Origin: Takakia lepidozioides
Lineage: Eukaryota > Plantae > Bryophyta
Length of the DNA: 64,000 nucleotides
Direction: 5' to 3'
Assembly: GCA_030704615.1 (NCBI GenBank)
Contig: CM060734.1
Location: forward strand, 25,420,001 to 25,484,000
Within the stretch, counting starts at the first letter, position 1. Each line of letters starts with the position of its first letter. The translations under genes were made by a program, and so were the position numbers. The notes beneath the pieces were generated by a model. The model did no database searches and was not told where the DNA came from. It saw only the letters and a list, made by a program, of their open reading frames with translations. Below, piece by piece: positions 20,478-32,000 of this stretch.

Positions 20478-22499
20478 GTAAGGAGAACTTGGGCTTGCAT
20501 GTGTTTGTTAGTACGTACTGCAAAATAGAGTAGCCGCGGATTGGAGACACCTGATCCAGGAAATTGAGCTCAAGCCATTGTACCTCCTTTAGCCTAGCCA
20601 GAGGATGTTAAAGAGTCTAACGGCCGAGCTGCGTTTCTAGGGCCTGGGATATAGTTGTACAGAGGTAACTAATTTGGAAGGGCACTATGAACAGGGCACT
20701 ATGAACGTCCAGTTATCTGCAAGTTAAATACTTGGCTTCGAGCTATTATTACAACTGTCCTTGGAAATTTACTTACCCTTGGAAATTAACAATGCGTGGA
20801 CTCTGCAGGAGCATCCCCGATTTATGGCAAAGGAGCAGCTACTCTCTCAAGCTCGGCCCTCTCTTCTGGGCTGATTTCAAGCTGATCAAGGTCCAAAATG
20901 TACAAAAACTAGAGATCTACATTTCTACAGTCTATAGAAGACGATATAGAGTATAATAAGAGAGATTGTATTATTACATTTTGTGTGTCTTTTTATACAT
21001 GCTAGAAAGTTGTGTCTCTTGACACCACAACCGATTCTATTTTAGTAGTCACACATTCCCTATTGTGACCTTCACTCCCTATAGTTGTGACTCTTGAAAT
21101 GTCCTTTCATATATTAGATGAATGTACACTGGATGAATGTTGAGGTTGACTACTCAACACAAAACAAATATTTCTTGCTCACAATCGGAGCCTGTGTCAG
21201 CTGCTCATCAAGATCTGGGATTTGAGCCATAGGTGTACCAACACGAAGGCAAGCAGCGTGGGCCGCCAGTAATTCTGGATATAAAGGGTACTGTGCCACA
21301 ATCATTGCTGTCTGTTTTGCACTTACCCATTCTGCGTTTTGCCTTTATACATTGTCCGAGTAAGTCTGCATAATCACTCACCCGAAGGCGCCTGTCAGGA
21401 ATATCGATCTATGTACCATATAATACTCTCCGACCCTCAGGTACCTATCCTCAACAATTTGTCCCAAGTAGGTCCTTCCCGAGGTCCTTCCTGGGGTCCT
21501 TAGGAGGTCCTTTCTCTCTAGTAGCTGCCAGTACTGGCATAACTCCATCCTTCCTTACTGGTGCAAAGTACCCGCTGATCCATGGACGAGAATCTGCAAT
21601 GTTCCTCCCGCAGCAGTTCCCTCATGAAAAAGCTTTTGCATCACTGTTAATGCAGATCAAGGGACACTAGCCCCTCCTCAACCCCTGCAGGCCAGACCTT
21701 CGTGAACCTCAGTCATTAACATAATCTTGAACAAACTAACAAATCGAGAGAGAGGAGGAGTGACTACACTACACTTGTGCTTTGCTTCTCTCTCTCCCGC
21801 CCTCGCTCTCTCTCACCAAGCCATACATCGGTTGCCATCCCTGCGCCTGCTGCCCCCTCGTCTTCTCGCCCACCCATTTGCCCGCGGAAGACAATAGGAA
21901 TAGTGTAAGAACTTAATGGACGCGTGCGATCTGACGGTACTTTTGCCGGCAGCCTGGGCTCCTCCGGCGGGGCCCCTGTCAAAGCCTCCCCACCCCGCTA
22001 TGCTACTAATTCCACATTTGCCCATTCTTGAGCTTTTTTTTCTTTTAAAAAAAAGGAAAAGACTATGTACCCCCAACTCATTTGCCCAGTTTGGGAAGGT
22101 CAGGCAACCCGACACTGTGGGAAGAGCGAATCAGTGGGGCCGCAAGAGGCACTAGCGTAGAAATAGGAGGCCGATGGAAGGTAGATTTTTTGTAATATTT
22201 ATGCGGCTTGGGATGGGCGGTGGGCCCCGCCCTTCTAGATCATTCCAGAAGCAGCAGATGAGGTGGTGGGCCCCCTTCTAGAAGGCTCCACCACAGCCTC
22301 CAAAAACTATATAAGGAGGCTAAGGGGGGTTTATTATGATTGTCCCGCGTCCCTTTGATGGGCTTTGCAAGCAGGGCCCCCTTAGAAAATAAAAAGTTGG
22401 AACCTCAACCAAACGGGGACAGAGCCATTCGTTATGTATATTTTATTTGATCCCTGAAGTAGCATCCAGACTGTCTTTCTTTGTAATATCTCTAACGGA

Positions 22500-25400
22500 T
22501 TCCCTGGGTGTCTTGTCTCCACGTGCCTTCTTCTCCAGTTGTGCAGCCTGCATTGCCGACCCCATCACTCTTACCCCGCGACACCAGCGCATGTGTGCGG
22601 CTCTTCATCAGTCCCACACAAATGGTACTTCTCCATTTCATCCCAGTGTCTTGCACGCGCCACCTCCTGCCTTTGCTTGGCATTGGCTTTCAACGCTAGA
22701 TGTTCTTGGCGCATTTCAGCTAGGACTGCCAAGGCCTCGTCTTTATACAAGAATTCCAGTGGCACTACGTCATGAGGTCCAACTGGCACTCCGTCTACCC
22801 TTAGACAGGCTGGCTCGTGATCCTGATGATATACCAGCATGGTATCTTTTCTTGTTATTTCCTCAGTGGTGTTTGGTTTTGCCCCCTCGTGGCGGTCAGT
22901 CAGGGCACAGAGAGACGCGCATCCGTCTTCGCCGTTTTTTATCTGGAGATTGGGAGAGTCTGCAAGATGAGCATCAATTACGGGCACTAGCCCTTGCGGC
23001 ACGCGCCCCTCCCGCTTCCTCCACGCAGCCACCTCATCGGCCCACAGGCGACTTCGTCATAGTCTCATGTTAGGCCGTGTTGGCGAGTACTCACGGGCGG
23101 CCAAGGCTTTAGCACCTTCCTCACCAGCGCCTCCATCACCGAATACTGTCACTACCCTCGAAGCCCTTCACCCATCAGCTCAGGATATTCTACCGCTTTT
23201 TTGTTGAGGACTTCGAGCCAGACAGGATCTCAAGCTAGATCGGGATCAGGCTTCAGTCCCCATCTTGCAGCGGCAGGTCCTTCGGTCTCTTGATGAGCAT
23301 CACTTACGTGACTGTTTCTCTCCACAGGACTCTGCTAGTGGCTTCTCTCAGCTATTTCAGATTTGCTCCTTTATTGCTGCTGGCCGTATCCCTGCCCCAG
23401 TGGCCCGTCTCCTTGGGCCTCCAGATTGTTGGCTATGAGCAAACCCTCAGGTACTGGCATCCGCCTATCGCAGTTGGAGAGGTTCTTTACCGCCTTGTCA
23501 GCCGCTCACTTTGTCTTCAATTTCGAGATGCCTTCTCCGGACACCTCTTTCCGCACCAGTTCAGGGTCGCCACTCCAGGCGGTTGCGAGGCGGTGGTTCA
23601 GGGGATTCGTGCAGCTCTTGATCTTCATCCGGATTGGGTGGTCTCCAGGTCGACGTCACCAACGCTTTCAACACTGTATCACGAGCGGCTATCTTTCAGG
23701 AGCTCCGTTCAGCCGGAGAGATTTCCACCAGCTCATTCCGTTTGTTCGATTATTCTATGCATCCACCACTCCCCTATACTACAGTCATCATTCTCGCCTA
23801 GGTGAGTGCTCCATCATTCAGTCCGAGGTGGGACCCGCCAAGGCGATCCTTTAGGAGGACCTTTGTTTGCCATGGCTCATGTCCGCGCCCTCACGGCTTC
23901 TGCACAAGTTCACTCATCTTGTCTTTTTCCGTTGGTGGCAGACGACACGCACATTGTAGGCCCTGCCTCACAGGTACTTTCAGCTTCCTATCATTTTGTC
24001 ACCCAACTCTCTGTCGTGGGCCTTTTCAGTGCAACCTCGCAAATGTGCGGTGTGGTCTCCGTCCGGTCTCCCTGCAGATTTTGTCCTCCCTGCTCACTTC
24101 ATTGCTCTGCCCAATGGCATCAGAATCCTGGGAGTCCCTTTTGGCACCACCCAGTTCACAACGTCCTTTTTGGAAGATGCACATCCACCAGGATGCCACC
24201 CACGCCGATCTCCTTCTAGGCTCGGAGATGTATAGGTAGCATATGGAATCTTGACCAAATGTTTCCTTCAGCGTCCCTCATATCTCTTCCGCACTGTTCC
24301 ACCCAGCTCAGATTTCCTACACCTCTTATCTGGGTTTGATACTACCATAATGACTATCTTCGGGAGATTGCTAGGACCAGGAGCTCTGGAGGTGTCTCAG
24401 GGACTTTTGCCACAACAACAAGCCACATTGACCGTCTCTTCCGGTGGTGTGGGTCTTTAGTCCACTGTCACTACCGCCCCGTCAGCTTTCCTCGGCAGTT
24501 AGACATTGGTGGCGCCAGCCCTCACTTCACGATTTCTCTGTGACCATCGTCCCATCCTTATGGACGTCGTTGCACATGTCGCAGTGACATTTTACCCTTC
24601 CAGCAGCATCTCCGCTCTGCACGAGATCTTCTTCCGGCACCGGCACGAGCATGTCTACCACCATTTGAGCAGTTGGTTGCTCAAGGCCTCGACCATCTTT
24701 AGGAGTCCATTTCCGAGCGCGTGCACTGTCATTCCTTTTCCGGCATGCTCTCAAGTGCTTCTTCTGAGTTGCATCGAGCCCGACTTCTATCATGCGCAGG
24801 ACTGGAGCAGGGGCATGGTTGACAGCACGACCCACTATCTCCCCTATTTTCACTACTGCGCTCCGCCTTCGACTCGGTTGCCTCATCCTTCGGCATTGGG
24901 CCTTCAGCGCTGCGTCTGTCTTCAGCCCATCGATGACCTTGTCATCCATCTCCTCCGCTGTCCATGTGGTGGTGAGCGCACTGCGTCTCATGATATGGTT
25001 CGCGATGCGGTGGCATCTATTGCTCATGAGGCAGGGTACCATGTACTGCATGAGCAACCACATCTACGACCCACGCTCATGTCACACTCTACACGCCGCC
25101 GTGTTGACATCGTCCTATCTAGAGATGGTTTGCGTACCTTAGCAGATGTCGTTCTCGCCGACCCCACTCGAGCGGATCTGCTATCTCGCGCAGCTACCAC
25201 ACCAGGCACGGCAGCCACTGTAGCAGCCTAGGCCAAGGAGCGCAACTACAGCGATCGTCACCCCACCGACACATTTCTTCCACTGGCGGTCGAAATATTT
25301 GGCTCATTGCACCGACACTTCGACGATTTCCTGCAGACATGTGCACATCATGCAGCCAAGAGCGGGTCCACTGACATCCCACATGCCTCCGTCCTTGTCG

Positions 25401-25710
25401 CCTACTATCGACAACGTGTTTCAGTTGCTTTGCAGAGAGCACAAGCCATCTCTATTTTGTATCGGGCTGATGTGGCTAGCTCCGCGTCATCTCGTCTTCC
25501 GCCTCTGCCTGACACTTTGCCTATCTCCTTGCCTGATCTCCTCCAGGCTACTGGGAGGGTCGCTCTGCTTGAGTAGTTTACTATAGCTTCTGTTTTCGTC
25601 GCTGGTTCAGTAGCTTAGTATAGCTTTTGTTTTTTCTCTAGCTGAGTAGCTTACTATAACTTTTTGTTTTCTTCTTTGTTTCTTGTTCCTTCCCCCCCCC
25701 CCCCCCACCA
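22500..25710 (+). mobile_element. Non-LTR retrotransposon of the CRE/RLE type (RT + CCHC finger + restriction-like endonuclease), frameshifted
   Basis: PIAVGEVLYRLVSR, HQF.VATPGGCEAVV, GTRQGDPLGGPLF, ADDTHIVG, GIRILGVPFG, SSGGVGL, CVC..HLLRC..SHDMVRD, RRVDIV..ADVV..DP, AKERNY and FLPLAVEIFG. No APE domain seen. Confidence 0.88.
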
Positions 25711-25789
25711 CCTTTTTGGGAACTTCACATCATATACACGTTCACCCATTGTACATGTTGTAAATAAAGTCTTCCAGGTTTCATCATTT

Positions 25790-26080
25790 GGAGTTGCCTC
25801 ATAACCTTAAGTTTGTGGCACATCTGGAAGTCGAGATGTGCCTCGTTGTATGATGGTAATTCCCCAGCTTGTGTATTTGCCACTCGTGCTCGCATTTACG
25901 TTGATCTAATTATTCAAGGCCGGAAAATGTGGGAAATGTTGGTCTTAGAAGTACGCAGACAAGCGTGCGTGCCGCCTTGCTCAACGCCTTTGATGGAACT
26001 TGGGCCCTTCGAGGCATCCTTTGCACCAGGGCTGGAGTAGACCACCTGATGGCTGGAGACTCACCTAGCCCGTGGCCCTC
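25790..26080 (+). mobile_element. L1-type LINE C-terminal fragment
   Basis: LWHIWKSRC resembles the W..W..RN/C motif of L1 ORF2 C-termini. Confidence 0.5.
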
Positions 26081-29000
26081 CCCGGCAAGCAGGGACAATT
26101 TGGAAGAAATCAACTGGAAGCACCGCAAAAACAGAACCTCTAAAGTCAAGGCTCATCTCAACTTCGAGCCGCTTCGTAGAAAGCGAACAATAAGAAGGAA
26201 GAAAGAAAGAAGACAGAAACATTACGAAGGGCCACCAGCACATGGGACAGGGTAGAATAAACCAAGAACTACTCCAGGATACAGGACACATGAAATTACA
26301 GAGAAAACTACAGGGTACAAAGAAAGAAAAAAGGAAAGAATCTTCAGAGTCCACGAGAAGCGTGGAGAGTTTATGGTACAAAGAGAATAGCACCATTACA
26401 ATACTGGTATGTAAACATAAGACGTTGTTTGCCGTAGCCACTGGGTCAAGAGAATGTGACTAGCCATCACTTACTAAGAAATTTCTGTAAATAGCAGTAA
26501 CTGAATCAGAATTTGAAGGTTTGGCAGTTGGCAAAGTCCAAGAAAAAGAGTGGCTTGGTGCAGATGACATGTATATTGTGTCAGTAAGGCAGACGCGAGT
26601 GGCAGTGGAGCTGGTGGGCAAGGCCCAGGTTGAAGATCGGCAACGCCGTTTAAATGCCTTGAGATTGGCCTCCCTTACCCATGCAGGGGTTGGTTCCGCT
26701 GGCCCCCCTGGAGAGATTGAAGATATATCACATCAGTAGTGTCTTACTCTTCAATATTCACCTGTCCATCCATGAGTTTCCAAGCAACCCTCGATGTTGG
26801 TCAATATTGCTGGAGCCTCTATCTTAGGCATTGTTTTTGAACTTTTGGGGCTGAACACATAGGGCTCAAATTGGTGAAAAGAACAAGGGACATTTAATCA
26901 GTGTAACCTACTAAATACTGGGGTCTAGGAAGGCTTATGTCAGATGCATCCCATGTAGAACTTTTAGACACAATCTCAGTAAGGATGATGTCAAGTGGAG
27001 GTCTTTTGTCTGAATTCTTCAAGAGTTCTACATTGTGCTGCAGACATTAATGAGCTGGATCTTACTGGGAACCTCCTTCCCCACTGGCATGTAAGAGATG
27101 TACCTTCCATTCTGATCTATGGTGTTCACTGTTCATTGCATCAAGATTCTGCAAGAGATATAAATGGTTATGGTTCAAGATGATTATTTTCACATTTGAA
27201 ACTCACCAACTGCGGAGTTATTACCCTTCGTTTCCCAAATGGCCTTCTTGGACACTGTACATTTCCACTAATTGTGGTCAAGTATTCACGTCAGATGAAC
27301 TAACATGGTATGATTGTGGACAGACATAAGCAAACTTTCACTCTAGCCAATGCTTGAGTATCTCAATCATATGTATAGAATCAAACGGGTGTGCTGGCAT
27401 GTTGCAAGATTTTTGTAGGAGGTGGGGCGTATCTGTGACGAGCTACCTGCACTCAGAATTCTAGACCTCAGCAGTAGGCGTATCTCATTTGCTTTGAACG
27501 GTCCATTCCCTGTATTCTCTGCTCTCACAGCTCTGGTTCTCAACAACTTTGCAATCTCTTGGGGACAGGTATGTTGGGTCCTGAAATAGCCTGTCCTTTG
27601 GTTTTCTTTCATCTTAGAGACAGGGATGAGAAATTTCGCAGTGGCAAGAGAAGAGATTATACTAATTTGCTTAGGATGGGTGTTGAGATCTAATTCTGTA
27701 CACAAATTGGTGGTGGAACGAGCTTTATGTCTGATGGCAACGACTAGGGGATCTGGTATGCTCAACATATATCCATGATCTCCCCTTGCAAACACCTAGG
27801 CCAAAGAGGGTCAAGCAGCTTCCATGCCGAATGCAAAAGTCCACCACTCACAGAAACCACCTCTTTCATTATGGTTAGTCCTGGTTATGTAATTGTGTTT
27901 CAGTTTTGCAGGTGGAGTTACTAAAGAAGTCGCTTCCTCACAGGAGCTTTCATTTTGTACAAATAAGCTACAAAAATTTGAGGTAATCTTTAATTTTGAG
28001 ACTCAACCCACCACTCTCTTTTTATCCCTCTCTGCAAACTGCTTCTTTCTTTCTCTCTATTTTCAATGGCCACAAGGCTACGGCGAACAACGTCTTATGA
28101 GTACATTCTCTATTTTAAAGATCATATCCTATCTCTAGATTGTGAGTGCGGAAGTTGTGAGTGCAGTTGCACTGATGCCTCTGTATTATCTGGAGGCCAC
28201 AGAATGAGATCCACTTTTGAACTTTGTTTCTTAAGAGGAAAGGCATAGTCCAAGCCAGGGTTCTTGCATACTATGAGCATCAACCCCCATGTAATTAATT
28301 CTCTTAAGAGGTCTTATTAGACCTGTAAAGCACATTGATGCACTTCATGGTTCTCATTATGTGGGATGCTCAACTTGAGCACCCGGTAGCTCTTTTGGAC
28401 CATGATGTTCAGGGGGCTGCCTGCATCTCTCCCTTTGCATTTGAATGATGTTTGAAGTTGGCTATGGGAGGTGGTAGGTCAGGAAGGCATTGATAGCATG
28501 CCAACTGAAGGAGCCTTTGTTCAAGGATTTGAGTTGCTGCGGCTGTTGAACCTGGAAGACAATTTCTTTGACAGCTGGCATGAGATCATGAAGCTTTCTC
28601 AATTGCAGAGGTGCCTTTAAGCAATGTGTCTTTCTTTCTTTGCTTTTGGGCTGCTTCTGGCTTCACTCTTTGTCTCTTGTTTCTTGCTTTCCTTTTGTCC
28701 AATAAGCTCTTAGACAATCACTCGAACAATAGTTTTATTTTTTGGCTCTGATTTTGTTTCCTCTCTCATGTTTTCTTCCATTTTGTCCCATAAGCTCTAT
28801 GAGCTTTCCGCGGACATTAGAAAGCACCATTTCATTTCATTTCATTTCAAAGTGCCTTGTGGGTCATTGATGTGTTTTTGTGTAGGTAGTTTGAATCCAG
28901 TCAGATGTCTTCATGCGACAACTTGTTCACCAGTGTGGAGAAACATTTATGCTCAATTTGAACCACCACATATAAAGTAAGGGACAGTGGAAGTGAGAGA

Positions 29001-32000
29001 CCTGTCAAGCAAGGATTTCTAATGTATATTTGGAAGCCCCTGTACTATCGTAGCACAGAATGATGTCTCTTGTTTGTCTGGTTTGTCTGGAAAAGTGCTT
29101 GGTGTGCTTGTCTGGCCTCAATCTTTCAGTCACCAAGAGAAATCTCAGGGTGCCGACACATTGTTGTTTGCAGCTTGGAGCAGCTGTCTTAGCGGAAATC
29201 GTCTCGAACATATCCTTTATCGAGGCCCATGGAGCTCTGTTGAGGGGATGCAAGATGGAAAGATCATGCAAGTTTGCATCTTTGCGGTGCCTTCTTCTAG
29301 GTGCGAATTTTATGCTCTTCCATCACCATACCAAAGATTACAGGGACACTCAATGCTAGTAAGCTAATTGGATGAAGCTATTCTGTGCATAATAATCGGA
29401 TATCGTTGTCGATGCAAGGGTGCAGCTAGGAATAAGACTTCAGACTGGCCAGCTGTGAATGCTCTGGACCAATTTCCTACCCTCCAGGTATTTGAGTGAG
29501 TGATTCATACTCCACAGACACACATTTCTTTCTGTTCATTTCACTGTCATGGACTGTTCATTGGATCGTTTGTTAGCAAGTCTACTATGGATGTTCACAC
29601 AGGATGTGCGGTTATCTGAGAATCCTCTTACAGATCTAATGAAGGGCACTGCAACACGCTACTGCTCATCGCTCGTATTGGGAAATTAAGTAGCCTTAAT
29701 GGCAGCCAAGTACGCACCCTGTTCCGTTTTGTGTATGACTAATTTTTTTGTCTGGATTGTGCCCTCTCTGTGACCATACACGGTGGTGTACACATTTACA
29801 TCTACGTCTCTTCTGCTAGGTACATGGAAATGGATGTTCCAGTAGTGATGAATCACTTCTTCTCTTTTCATCAAAATGTTTCCTGAGATGCTACATGATT
29901 AATACATGTATGTGGATGCCTGCACCAATGTATGTAAATAGTCTGGGACTGCCTGGTTTGCAAGTCTGCCTTTGGCCTTTTTTACCTGTAGCATTCAGTG
30001 AGACATGAGCAAGTCTGCTGTCACTGCTTTGGTCTTTGCACATCAACAGCCCCTTAGTTATCCTGTTTCTCTAGTATTCATCTCAAATTGTTAGGGCCTA
30101 CCACAAAATTTGATCGATTGATTCGTGTGCATGTAGCCAAGGTTGTGTCCTTGGCTACATATTCAGTGGCTGTATCTGTATTATTGCAATGCATGGAGTT
30201 GAAATGGAAAGCGTTGGCTTGCAGCAGACCAAAAAAATATTGTACTTTTTTGCTGGGCTCCTCACTAGAGAGAGTTGGTGCAGATGAAAGGTGGTGATTG
30301 TGCTCATCTGGTGGAAATTTCTGCAGGTTAAAGCAAGAGAGAGGAGAGATGTGTCAACCTTTTTCTTTTTCTTTTTCTTGTCCTTTTTTCTTTCTCTGTT
30401 ATTTCTCAGTGTCCCATGCTCCCTCTTAGCCTTCCGTGGGCACTACATCTCTTCTATATCAGAGGCCTTGACCAGATGTGTCTGGCAGCTTACCTGCAGG
30501 CAGCACATTGTCTACTTTGTGCCATTGGCCCTACATCATTGGCCCTAAGGGCCCCCCATGGAAATTTCAGTCTTCTCCTCTTCTCTCCCCTTTTTCTTCT
30601 GTTTTTCTTTTCTTTGCTGTTTGTTTCTGGTTTCTCCTCTGAAATTCTCTTTAACTGTGGATCAGATCTTCACATTACTCCTTTTTCGGTTACCATTAAT
30701 TGTAAGTATGGAGATAGCTCACTACCTATAAGGATATTCTCCTCTTCTCTCTTGTCACTTCTGCCAACCAGTTGTAGACCGTGTGACTAAGATCTGTCAC
30801 CTCTGAAGCAAAATTAAGTGCTACAGTAGCAGCATCGAAATCAACATTGTTTTTCTAGCATGTTGCCTAATCAGCTTACACTGCACAGTGCACAGTGCAT
30901 TGTCATTGGTTCTTCCCGATTGCAATGTCGATTTTGTGATGAGCCTCACATAGACTTTTGCACTGAAACCCGTCAACTTATCCAGGATGCTTAGTATCCC
31001 CTGGGGACTTACAGCTGACTCTTGCAGGGATGTGCAATAAGTACATCTCTCCCACCACTCTGCATGATATTGTTTTCAGATTGGTTTAGTCCAACATGTT
31101 CTTGTCTGCTACTTTTCTCCTAATCAGTAGTATCTGGGTGAGTAATTTTCATCAAAACAGGGGCTTTTACTTTCTGGCAGATATGTTCGCCACGTGCTGA
31201 CTACCATGCAAACAAGCAACACTGAAGAGATTACTACGTCCCACCCCCGGTATATTTCACGTATCCTACTTCATATGGTCCCAAATGCTTTGAAGTAGCC
31301 TTGAAGTCTTAGGACCCGCAAGAAAGGTTCTTCCTGGGTTCTTTGGCCACGACTTTCTCTAATGTCGTTACCAGATGTTATTTCTTTTTTATGTCCAGCC
31401 ACAGTAGAGGTACTTCTACAAATTCCATCTTCAGGAAACTGAAACTTTCTTCAACACAAGTGGGAGGAGAAGCAAATCCCTGACCCCATTCCTGTGAACA
31501 ATGAAAAGTAGAAGCAATGGAACAATGGTGATGGTGTGTCCTTTGGTCGATGACGAATCAAAGTTAAAACATATTGTTTGTATTCACTGTGCTTGTTCGG
31601 CTAGCTGCTGGTTGAATGCAGGTTTGAACGACTTAGAGTCTTGCATGATCTGCCAGTTGAGTTGGGCAACATAAGTTCAACAAGCACCTCTCAGAAGATG
31701 GCCACGGCCCTTGTTTGTGAGTATCCGTTCCTTATTGCTGCACTTCTTGTGAACTTGTTGGATAGAAAGAATTGGAGACTCTAAATTGATGTAGTTCATT
31801 CAATAGTGGAAAGGTGCAAAAGAGTGGGAAATTGGGAGGCGATGGGAGCTGGTGGGTCTTGGTTACATTAGTTCACCTGATATCAGCGTACGGTACCTGA
31901 TACGGGCCGTCCAATGGAGCTTGTAGGACATTAATTATATATGAGAGTCAAGGGTTTGATTCATAAAGCCTAAACCTTGAACTTGCGAAGATCAATCATC

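Noticed and set aside
30351-30800. Discrete TE inserted in TBCE exon 10
   Set aside because: It looks like a LINE tail, but I could not define ends or a TSD.
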